Assembly (NCBI GenBank): GCA_963823555.1
Contig: CAWGMA010000003.1
Coordinates: 192,001 to 256,000, forward strand
Source: Candidatus Eiseniibacteriota bacterium
GTDB lineage: Bacteria; Eisenbacteria; RBG-16-71-46; CAVPCR01
Direction: 5' to 3'
Length of the DNA: 64,000 bases
The notes below the pieces were generated by a model, which was not told where the DNA came from, did no database searches, and saw only the letters and a program-made list of their open reading frames with translations. Shown piece by piece: positions 28,095 through 36,591 of the stretch. Each line of letters opens with the position of its first letter. Position 1 is the first letter of the stretch. Made by a program: the position numbers and the translations under genes.

Positions 28095-29252
28095 ATGCAG
28101 CGGACTCCCAGGGCACGCGACAGGTCGGCGGATGGCTCGTTCACGGCGCCGCCTCCGCGCACCGATCTGCCGGCGCTCGTCGCCTCTGAGGCGCAAGGCG
28201 CGGGGAGCGGACCGGCGGGCCCACCCGTGGTGGATTCCCCCGCCGCGGCCATGAGCGGTGGGGCGCGGGTGCGTGCCGTGGGGCGCAGCAAGCGGGTACG
28301 GCTCGTCCTCGGGCTCGCCTCCTTCTCCTTGCTGCTTCTCATTTCGAGCCCGCAGCAGATTCTGAGCCTCCTGGTCCATGTCGACTGGAGGTGGCTGACG
28401 CTGTCCTTCGCGCTCTGCCTCCTGGTCATGGTCATCCGCACCTACCGCTGGTGGGGCTTGCTCCACGACTTCGGCCTGCGCGCTCCATTCCATGTCCTGC
28501 TCGAGATGATGACGGTGAGCGGCTTCTTCAATCTCTTCCTCCCGGGCAGTGTGGGTGGCGATGCTTACCGGGCCTACGGGCTGGCACGTTACAGCTCCAA
28601 GACCCTCCGACCGGTGGCCAGCGTTGTCATCGAACGCTTCACGGGGGTCATCGCGCTGTTCCTGATCTGTCCGATCGCCGTGTGGTTCGCGCGGGCGGAG
28701 CTGCCGTTCCCGCCGTGGACGCTCTATGTGGCATGTGGCACCGTGCTCGCTGCGGCGCTCGGCCTGCTCGTCGCCGGCCTGCATGCGGAGAGCTGGTGGA
28801 GCATCCTGGCTCCCCGCCTCCCACGGTTCATCAGCCGCCGGCTCCCCGGCGAGAAGATGCAGATCGTGTTCTCCGTCTTGCGCGATCTCCGCGGCCGGCC
28901 GGGGGCCTTTGCCCGGGCTTGCTTGACCGGAGTCGTGCTCCAGGTGGTGGTGCTCTTCGCCTACTACATGATGGCGGTATCCTTGCACGGGCACATCCAT
29001 CTCCCGCTCTTCTTCTCGTTCTTCCCGCTCATCGAGTTCGTGAGCCTGATTCCGCTCACCGTGAACGGACTCGGCGTGCGCGAGGGGCTCACCGTCTACT
29101 TCCTCGGGGCGGCCGGAATACCGGCCTCGTTCTCGATGGGGCTCTCGATCATCAACCGCCTCATCACCCTCGCCCTCGGCGCGCTGGGAGGCGTGGTCTT
29201 CGTGGCGCGCAGGACGCGGACGCGGACCTCCGGCGCTCGATCCGGCGATTAG
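28095..29252 (+). CDS. Lysylphosphatidylglycerol-synthase-TM / flippase-like (UPF0104) membrane protein
   Basis: RW motif, FNLFLPGSVGGD, and IPLTVNGLGVRE. Start uncertain (28032, 28095 or 28251). Confidence 0.85.
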   Translation: MQRTPRARDRSADGSFTAPPPRTDLPALVASEAQGAGSGPAGPPVVDSPAAAMSGGARVRAVGRSKRVRLVLGLASFSLLLLISSPQQILSLLVHVDWRWLTLSFALCLLVMVIRTYRWWGLLHDFGLRAPFHVLLEMMTVSGFFNLFLPGSVGGDAYRAYGLARYSSKTLRPVASVVIERFTGVIALFLICPIAVWFARAELPFPPWTLYVACGTVLAAALGLLVAGLHAESWWSILAPRLPRFISRRLPGEKMQIVFSVLRDLRGRPGAFARACLTGVVLQVVVLFAYYMMAVSLHGHIHLPLFFSFFPLIEFVSLIPLTVNGLGVREGLTVYFLGAAGIPASFSMGLSIINRLITLALGALGGVVFVARRTRTRTSGARSGD

Positions 29253-29268
29253 CCTCCCCAACCCACGG

Positions 29269-30186
29269 ATGGCCGGCTTGACAGATATGCGGAGCACCGA
29301 CCCCCCGGGCCGGGGGATCGCCGGTTTCGGCGAGCGCATCCTCGTCCTCGGCCGCCTGGTTCGCTTCTCGCACTCGGTCTTTGCCCTGCCCTTTGCTCTC
29401 GCCAGTGCGGCCTGCGCCGCCCGCTTCGCTCCGCTGACCCGGGGCCGCGTCTTGTGGATCATCGTGGCCATGGTCGGGGCGCGAACCATGGCCATGGCCT
29501 GGAACCGCCTCGTCGATGAGGAGATCGATCGCGAGAACCCGCGCACGCGCGACCGCGAGTTGCCGGCTGGAAAGGTGAGCCCGGCCGCCGTGCTCGCGCT
29601 CGTCATCCTGAGCGCCGGGGTCTTCTTCATGGCGGCCGCCGCGCTCGGTCCGCTGCCGCTCCTCCTGACCCCGGTCGCGATCGTCATCCTCCTCGGCTAC
29701 TCTCTGACCAAGCGCTTCACATGGGCGAGCCAGTTCGCCCTCGGGCTCGCTCTGGCCGGCGCGCCACTGGGAGCGTGGATCGCCGTGACCGGTGGGCTCA
29801 ATACCGCGCCCCTCGTCCTGGGGGTTGCGGTCTTGACCTGGGTCGCCGGGTTCGACACGATCTATGCCTGTCAGGATGTGGCGTTCGACCGCGGGCATGG
29901 GCTCCATTCGCTGCCGGCGCGCTTCGGCATCGAGGCCGCTCTTCGCGTCGCGCGCGTGCTGCACATCCTGACCGTGATCGGGTTCGCCGCCTTCGGCCGG
30001 ATGCTCGATCTGGGGCCGATCTACTGGGTCGGGGTGGCGGTGGTTGCGGGTGCACTCGTCTACGAGCACCGGCTCGTCCGGGCCGACGATCTGTCGCGAG
30101 TCAATCGTGCCTTCTTCGATCTGAATGGAGTCGTGAGCTTCGTGTTTCTCTCCGCCGTGCTCGCCGCGCGCCCATGGCTGCCATGA
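29269..30186 (+). CDS. ubiA: UbiA-family polyprenyltransferase (MqnP-type)
   Basis: HSVFALPF, NRLVDEEIDRENPRT..R.LP, YSLTKRFT and GFDTIYACQD. Confidence 0.92.
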   Translation: MAGLTDMRSTDPPGRGIAGFGERILVLGRLVRFSHSVFALPFALASAACAARFAPLTRGRVLWIIVAMVGARTMAMAWNRLVDEEIDRENPRTRDRELPAGKVSPAAVLALVILSAGVFFMAAAALGPLPLLLTPVAIVILLGYSLTKRFTWASQFALGLALAGAPLGAWIAVTGGLNTAPLVLGVAVLTWVAGFDTIYACQDVAFDRGHGLHSLPARFGIEAALRVARVLHILTVIGFAAFGRMLDLGPIYWVGVAVVAGALVYEHRLVRADDLSRVNRAFFDLNGVVSFVFLSAVLAARPWLP

Positions 30187-30803
30187 ACGCCAGGCAGCCC
30201 TCACCCCGCGTCGTCGTCGCCATGACCGGAGCCAGCGGTGCCATCTATGGCCTCCGCCTGCTGCGCTTCCTGCTCATGACCGGAGCCCGGGTGGAGATGG
30301 TGATCTCTCCGTCCGGCCAGCGCGTGCTGCGGGAGGAAGCGAACTACGCTGGGGAGGCGGTCTCCGAGCTCCTGGCCGGTCTCTACCCTGCCGACCGGTC
30401 CGCCCTGGAGACGGGGACCCTCGTCACCCATCACTGGGGCGACATCGGGGCGCCGCTCGCCTCGGGCTCGGTGGCGACGTCGGGCATGGTGGTGGCGCCG
30501 TGCTCGATGGGGACGCTTTCGGGCATCGTCACCGGGAGGGCTTCCAACCTGATCGAGCGCGCCGCCGATGTCACGCTCAAGGAGGGGCGGCCGCTCGTAC
30601 TGGTGCCGCGGGAGACGCCGCTCAACCGCATCCATGTCGAGAACATGCTGCGCGCCATCGATGCCGGCATCAGGCTCGTGCCGGCCATGCCGGCCTTCTA
30701 CTACGGGCCCGAGACCATCGCCGACCTCGCCGATTTCATCGTGGCCCGCGCCGTCGCCTTCCTCGGCATGGACGCGCCCCTCTTCCGGCCCTGGGCCGAC
30801 TAG
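30183..30803 (+). CDS. ubiX: Flavin prenyltransferase
   Basis: TGASGAIYG, ASGS, PCSMGTL, RAADVTLKE, PRETP and PAFY. ATGA overlap with ubiA. Confidence 0.93.
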   Translation: MNARQPSPRVVVAMTGASGAIYGLRLLRFLLMTGARVEMVISPSGQRVLREEANYAGEAVSELLAGLYPADRSALETGTLVTHHWGDIGAPLASGSVATSGMVVAPCSMGTLSGIVTGRASNLIERAADVTLKEGRPLVLVPRETPLNRIHVENMLRAIDAGIRLVPAMPAFYYGPETIADLADFIVARAVAFLGMDAPLFRPWAD

Positions 30804-30809
30804 CGCATC

Positions 30810-31529
30810 ATGTCCCGGCGCATGGACACGCTGATCACCCGCGATGAGGTCGGGGCCATGTTCGACGCCGTGGCCCCACGCTACGATCTCCTCAACCGGG
30901 TGCTCAGTCTGGGCATCGACCGGCGTTGGCGCCGGGAGGCCGTGCGGGCGCTGGGACTCGCCCCCGGTGATCTCCTTCTCGATATCTGCGGTGGGACGGG
31001 AGATCTTGCGTTCGAGGCGGCGAGGCAGGTCCCGGGCATCCGCACCGTCAATGTCGATCTGTCGCGGCTCATGCTGCGCCGCTACACCGAGCGCGCGGGG
31101 CTCCACAACGGGTCGCGGGCGCCGGCGACGGTCGGCGATGCCATGGCGTTGCCGGTGCGGGACGGATCCGCGCGTGGAGCCATCGTCGGATTCGGTATCC
31201 GCAATGTCCCCGACCGCCTGCGGGCGCTCACGGAGATCCAGCGCGCTCTGCGTCCGGGCGGAAGGCTCGTGGTGCTCGAGTTCGCCTTGCCGCCGGCGGC
31301 TGCGGTCCGCGGACCCTACCTGTTCTATCTCCGCCATCTGCTGCCGCGCCTGGCCGCCCTTCTCTCGCCTGCCCCTCGAGCCTATCGTTACCTCGGCGAC
31401 TCCATCGTCGACTTTCCCGCCCCCGACCAGTTCGCAGGGCTCCTGGCGCGAGCCGGGTTCGCAAGCGTGAACTGTCGGGTCCTGTCTCTGGGCATTGCCG
31501 TTCGCTACCTGGCCACGAAAGATGAATAG
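30810..31529 (+). CDS. menG: Demethylmenaquinone methyltransferase (UbiE/MenG)
   Basis: MFDAVAPRYDLLNRVLSLGID..WR, DICGGTGD, FGIRNV and AYRYL..SI..FP. Confidence 0.92.
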   Translation: MSRRMDTLITRDEVGAMFDAVAPRYDLLNRVLSLGIDRRWRREAVRALGLAPGDLLLDICGGTGDLAFEAARQVPGIRTVNVDLSRLMLRRYTERAGLHNGSRAPATVGDAMALPVRDGSARGAIVGFGIRNVPDRLRALTEIQRALRPGGRLVVLEFALPPAAAVRGPYLFYLRHLLPRLAALLSPAPRAYRYLGDSIVDFPAPDQFAGLLARAGFASVNCRVLSLGIAVRYLATKDE

Positions 31530-33972
31530 ACCAACCATCCTCTGTCTTGTCGCTGCCGGCATTCTCGGTCTGGCCCTCCCGTCAGCCGCTGATTACCTCG
31601 TTCATCCCTTTGCCATGCTCGGGGTCGACGGGGGGACGCATGCCTTTCAGCTCACGCCGGAAGGCTGGGTGCGTTCCGAAACGGTCACCCTGGGCATCAC
31701 GCTGGACGGCGCCTCCCTCGAACCCTGGGTCTGGGGTGAATCCGGGCCAGGAGTCGCCCGCACGCAGGCACAGGAAGCCGGGTCGGATCTCGAGCTCACG
31801 GCGATCGCGGTGCGCGCCCAGGGTCTTCCCGTGGACCTTCGCTTCCGCGGGTCGGCGGGGAACCACGACACCGTGACGTGCCGCGTCGAGCAGCCGGTGG
31901 CCCTGCTCCGGATCCGCGTCCAACCGGGGGCGGCCTCATCCTCGAGCGGCTCCTTGCCGCGCGTCGCCTTGCGCATCTCGGCCGACACCGGTCTCCGCGC
32001 GGCCGTCACCTTGCGTGACGGCATCGTGAGCCGGCGCCTGACGCCGGCCCGTCCGGCACGACTCGCGACCGCTGGCGGTCGCACGGGGATCGCCGTGGCC
32101 GATTCCCTTGTTCTCCTTCTGAGCGTCGCCCCCGATTCGGTCTCCCCCGGGCTGGGTCCGAGCGGTGAACCGGCGGACGATGTTCTCGAGCTCATCTACC
32201 GGCCGCAGGGCGAGTTCGCGCTCGAGGTCCGGATGCCGTTCTTCCCGGTCGCCGTGGATCATGGCGACGAAACGCCGGTGGCGGCGCTGGGTGCCGGAGA
32301 CGGAGCGGCCATGACCGCGGCCGCCGGACGCGATTGGGCCCAGCGACTTGCCGCCGGCGCCGCGATCGAGCTGCCCGAGACCGGTCCGGCCGAGACCGCT
32401 GGCGCCTCTCTCTATCACATTCTCGGGGGATCCCTGGTGAGCGCCGGCGATCGCGTCGTCGTTCTCGGCGCGCCCTTTCTCTACCGCGAGTTCTACATGC
32501 GGGATGCCGCCTACACGATGGTCGCGCTCGACCAGTTCGGTTACCACGCCGAAGCCCGCGCCGGTCTAGAGACCATGCTCACGCATCAGGCCGCTGACGG
32601 ACAGCTCCTCTCCCACGTGGAACAGCACGATGGGATCGGACTCGCGCTGTGGGCGCTGGGCGAGCACCTGGCGCTGACCCGAGATCGCGGGTTCGCCGTG
32701 GCGGTGATGGATCGCGTGGCCCGCGCTGTCGACTGGTATCGGAACGCGCTCGCGCCCTACCGCGCCGATTCGCCCGGAGAGCGCGGAGAGTGGGACACCG
32801 AATTCCCCGGCATCCTGCCGGCCACGATCATGAAGGACAACGAGCAGGTGGTGGCGGCGCACATCGTCGGCCACAACCTGTGGGCGAGCGCCGGACTGGC
32901 GGCGGCAATCGATGTGGCGAAGCTGGCGGGCGATGCCGACTCGGTGCGCTCCTGGCAGCGGCTCGATGCCCAGTTCGAGGAGGATCTGGCCCGGTATCTC
33001 GTCAAACTCGAGAAGCGGACCGGCGGGCTGATCACGGCGACATTCGAGGGCGCCGGCACGCAGGCCGGATACGACCAGCCATCATCGGTCCGCGGGGGCC
33101 TCGACTGGGGCAATCTCGAGATCGCCTACCCGACCCGCACCTGGCGCGGCGACGATCCCCGGCTGCGGACGAGCCTCGACGCCTGGAGTGGACGGCTCCA
33201 GGAAGGTCTCTATCCCTATCCGCTCGGCTTCAACACGAGCTTGATCCACCACTACCTGCCGGTCGCGCTCGGCCACGCGCTCCTCGGCGCCGGCAGTGAT
33301 ACCGATCGCGAGCATCTCCTCACCATCTTCTATGATGGCCTCCTGGGGCACGCGACGAGCACGTACGGCGGGGCCGAGCTCATCAACAGCTACACACGCA
33401 ACGTGTGGCCGCTCGAGAACATCCCGCCGCACAACACCTTCTCCGCCCGCTACCTGCTCCTGCTGCGCGACATGCTGCTGCGCGAGGTGGGGCGCGTGGG
33501 CGCGGCGAGCGATACGCTGCTCATCGGGGGCGGGTTGTCTCCGGCCTGGCTCGAGTCAGGGGCGACGATCAAGTTCGAGGGCGCGGCAACCCATTTCGGC
33601 TGGGTCGATCTCGCGCTCGAGATCAAGGCGGCATCCGATGCCGGGCGGACGCTCGCGCTGCGCGCGGCCCTCGGTGCCACCCCCCCCGCCCGTTTCCTCG
33701 AGCCTCGCCCCCATCTTCCTGCGCCCGCGACTCCGATCACGATCGGCGGACCGCCGCCAGCGCCGGCGGCCATCGTGTTCCGGGCCCCACTCGGGTTCCG
33801 TATCACGGCGGTGCGCGCCAGAGCGGGTGCGAGAGCGGGGACGATCGAGCAAGGAGGACGGCGTGTCGTGCTGTCGCCGGGCGCGGCGCAGTCGGGAGTC
33901 GAGATCGAGCTCGAGGGCCGAGCCGATCCGCGCTTCACCGTCGACCAGGCGCGGAGCCGTCTCGGGCTCTAA
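31522..33972 (+). CDS. Secreted protein with probable (alpha/alpha)6 six-hairpin glycosidase domain
   Basis: Signal peptide. YREFYMRDAAY..ALD..G, DGIGLALWALGEH..LT.D, HNLWA.AGL and the C-terminal A.THFG pattern. Confidence 0.65.
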   Translation: MNRPTILCLVAAGILGLALPSAADYLVHPFAMLGVDGGTHAFQLTPEGWVRSETVTLGITLDGASLEPWVWGESGPGVARTQAQEAGSDLELTAIAVRAQGLPVDLRFRGSAGNHDTVTCRVEQPVALLRIRVQPGAASSSSGSLPRVALRISADTGLRAAVTLRDGIVSRRLTPARPARLATAGGRTGIAVADSLVLLLSVAPDSVSPGLGPSGEPADDVLELIYRPQGEFALEVRMPFFPVAVDHGDETPVAALGAGDGAAMTAAAGRDWAQRLAAGAAIELPETGPAETAGASLYHILGGSLVSAGDRVVVLGAPFLYREFYMRDAAYTMVALDQFGYHAEARAGLETMLTHQAADGQLLSHVEQHDGIGLALWALGEHLALTRDRGFAVAVMDRVARAVDWYRNALAPYRADSPGERGEWDTEFPGILPATIMKDNEQVVAAHIVGHNLWASAGLAAAIDVAKLAGDADSVRSWQRLDAQFEEDLARYLVKLEKRTGGLITATFEGAGTQAGYDQPSSVRGGLDWGNLEIAYPTRTWRGDDPRLRTSLDAWSGRLQEGLYPYPLGFNTSLIHHYLPVALGHALLGAGSDTDREHLLTIFYDGLLGHATSTYGGAELINSYTRNVWPLENIPPHNTFSARYLLLLRDMLLREVGRVGAASDTLLIGGGLSPAWLESGATIKFEGAATHFGWVDLALEIKAASDAGRTLALRAALGATPPARFLEPRPHLPAPATPITIGGPPPAPAAIVFRAPLGFRITAVRARAGARAGTIEQGGRRVVLSPGAAQSGVEIELEGRADPRFTVDQARSRLGL

Positions 33973-36434
33973 CGCAAGCGCACCAGCGGCCGGGAAACCG
34001 TGCGTCCTCCGGCCTCGACCCGGGTGAAGTAGACGCCCGAGCTCTGAGTCGCTCCCGACTCATCCCGGCCGTCCCAGCTCGTGCGGTGCTCACCCGCCTC
34101 GAGCGTGGCCGCCACGAGCGTACGGACGAGGCGCCCGGAGACGTCGATCACCGACACGCGCACGGTGGTCCTCGCCGGCAGCGCGAAGCGGATCGTCGCC
34201 GCGTCGCTGAAGGGATTCGGCTGGATCGCTCCAAGCGCGAGCGGTGGTGTGGCGAGGGGCGCGGTCGCCGTGACCGGACCGAAGGTCTGCGTGCCGCCGG
34301 AGCGATCCAGCGCCAGGATCCGGTAGCGATAGGTCGCGCCCGGATTCACGCGCGCATCACGGAAGCGGTAGGGTGCCGGCGCGGCGATCGGTGTCGCCGT
34401 CATGCGCTCGAATCCATTCCCGGTCGCGCGCTCGACATGGAAGCCGACCAGGTCTTCCTCGAACGATGTCGCCCAGGCGACCACGATGGCGCCCCCCTCC
34501 GGCATCGCCGTGAGGCTCGAGATCGCCACCGGATTGGCGCTCGCGCACTGCGCCGGTAGCACCGCGAGGCCCATGTCGAAGTCGGCGACGAAGGCGTAGG
34601 GGGAGTCGACCGCGATGCCGCGCGCGCTGCCCGGGGTGTTCGCGCTCCCGAGCACGACAGGGGCCGTCGGCACGTTGAGGTCGATGACCGTCACTCCCGT
34701 GCCGCGGGTGGCGACATACGCATGGTTCGACGAGATGGTGACGCTCGCCGCCGTCTCCGGGATGTCGATGGTGGCGGCGAGGACCGGCTCCATTGGGTTC
34801 CGCACATCGATGACATGCAACCCGGCGCTGCCGTCGGCGATGACCACGGTGCGCCCGGAAACCGCCACGGCGCACGCCCGCGTCGGGATGGCGAGGTTGC
34901 CGATGATCGTGGGGGCGGCGGGATTGCCCATATCCACGACCAGGAGGCCGCCCGTTCGGTCGGCGACATAGGCGAACGCTCCCGCCACCGCGACGTCGCA
35001 GGCGAAGCCCGGAGTGTCGGCGCTGCCGACGAGCGCTGGAGTCCGTGGATTCGCCACGTCGATGACGAGGAGGCCGGTGGCGCCGTCGGCCACCAGCGCG
35101 AGATGGCCGGAGAGCGTCACCGCGGAGGCGGAGTCCGGAGTGTCGAAGCTGCCGACAATGAATGGAGCGCCGGGATCGCTCGCATCGATGATCTCGAGGC
35201 CCGAGGCAAGATCCGCGACGTATGCCTGCGTTCCGCTGGCCGCGACTCGAGCCGCGTAGTCCGGGGTGTTCACGCTGCCGCGAAGCAAGGGGGCCAGCGG
35301 TGTGTTGACATCGATGACGCGTAGCCCGGATCGACCATCGGCGACATAGGCGAGATTTCCGGATAGCGCCACCGCGCTGGCCTCGCTCGGGGCGGCCAGG
35401 TTGCTCACGGCCACGACCGACGCCGGGTTCGACACGTCGACCAGGATGAGGCCCGAAGCGGCATCGGCGATGTAGGCGAGCGAGCCCGCGATGGCCACCC
35501 CCGAGGCCAGGTCCGGAGTATCGAATCCACCCACCAGTTCGGGTGCCGCGGGGACCGAGATGTCGATGGCATGCAGTCCGGATTCGCCGTCGACGACATA
35601 GGCGTGCGAGCCCGCGATGGCGACGCCGTAGGCGAGATCCGGAGTATCGATCGCCCCGATGATCGCCGGCGCGGTGGGGTTCGCCACATTCACGATCTGG
35701 AGGCCGGCGTTCCAGTCGGCAACGTAGGCGAGGCCTCCGATCACGGTCACGCCGCGGGCGGTGCCGGGCGTGTCCGCATTGCCGACCATCCGGGGCGCGG
35801 CCGGATTCGTGATGTCGATGACCTCGAGACCGAAGTAGCTGTCGGCGACATAGGCGTAGGAGCCGGCGACATCGATGCCGAGGGCATAGCCGGGAGTGTC
35901 GATCGTCGCGATGATCGCGGGTGCCGTGGGATCCGAGATGTCCACGACCTGGAGACCGGCATTCCAGTCGGCGAGATAGGCGATGGAGCCGGCGACAGAG
36001 ACCGCGAAGGCGATCCCGGGCGTATCGATCGCGCCCACGATGACGGGCGCCCTGGGGTTCGACACATCGACGATCTTGAGCCCGGCGTCATAATCGGTGA
36101 CCAGGACCAGGGGATAGGCGACGGTAACCCCGAACGCATAGCCGGGGGTGTCGGCGGTGCCGACGATCACCGGGGTCGCGGGGTTCGAGATGTCCACGAT
36201 CTGGAGCCCCGCGTCCCAGTCGCCCACGTAGGCGTAATAGCCGTGAACCGCTACTCGATATCCCGATCCCGGCGTATCGACTCCCCCTGTCCAGTGCAGG
36301 TAGTTGCCGTACTCGATGCAATCGCTGGCGGCCGCGGTTCCATGAATGATGACGGCGGCAAGGAGGACGAGAGGTAGTGGGCGACACGAGGCCCGGAAGA
36401 GACCCTTTCTGAAGCGCGTGGCGACTGATTGCAA
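33969..36434 (-). CDS. Secreted LVIVD-repeat double beta-propeller protein with FlgD-Ig/T9SS-like C-terminal domain
   Basis: 14 repeats of 42 aa (DTP..A..V.V.G..AYVAD...GL.IVDIS). Signal peptide. AAGGAGG RBS before TTG 36434. C-terminal PNPF...WDGRD...GVYF. Confidence 0.85.
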   Translation of the reverse strand: MQSVATRFRKGLFRASCRPLPLVLLAAVIIHGTAAASDCIEYGNYLHWTGGVDTPGSGYRVAVHGYYAYVGDWDAGLQIVDISNPATPVIVGTADTPGYAFGVTVAYPLVLVTDYDAGLKIVDVSNPRAPVIVGAIDTPGIAFAVSVAGSIAYLADWNAGLQVVDISDPTAPAIIATIDTPGYALGIDVAGSYAYVADSYFGLEVIDITNPAAPRMVGNADTPGTARGVTVIGGLAYVADWNAGLQIVNVANPTAPAIIGAIDTPDLAYGVAIAGSHAYVVDGESGLHAIDISVPAAPELVGGFDTPDLASGVAIAGSLAYIADAASGLILVDVSNPASVVAVSNLAAPSEASAVALSGNLAYVADGRSGLRVIDVNTPLAPLLRGSVNTPDYAARVAASGTQAYVADLASGLEIIDASDPGAPFIVGSFDTPDSASAVTLSGHLALVADGATGLLVIDVANPRTPALVGSADTPGFACDVAVAGAFAYVADRTGGLLVVDMGNPAAPTIIGNLAIPTRACAVAVSGRTVVIADGSAGLHVIDVRNPMEPVLAATIDIPETAASVTISSNHAYVATRGTGVTVIDLNVPTAPVVLGSANTPGSARGIAVDSPYAFVADFDMGLAVLPAQCASANPVAISSLTAMPEGGAIVVAWATSFEEDLVGFHVERATGNGFERMTATPIAAPAPYRFRDARVNPGATYRYRILALDRSGGTQTFGPVTATAPLATPPLALGAIQPNPFSDAATIRFALPARTTVRVSVIDVSGRLVRTLVAATLEAGEHRTSWDGRDESGATQSSGVYFTRVEAGGRTVSRPLVRLR

Positions 36435-36591
36435 CGGCCAGCCCTCCTTCGGATGCGCCATCATGGATGCCGGTCGAGGCCCATGACGCCGTGGCCGGGG
36501 ATATCTTGTGCTAGAGTAGGGTCCGTTTTCCCGGGCGCCGCCCGGCGCCCCTTCGAACCCCCCGCTCCTCGAGCGACGCAAGGTATTGCCC

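Noticed and set aside
36470..36591. SAM riboswitch upstream of the HMT/MTHFR gene
   Set aside because: No SAM-I core motif, and the leader after the TGCTAGAGT -10 is short.
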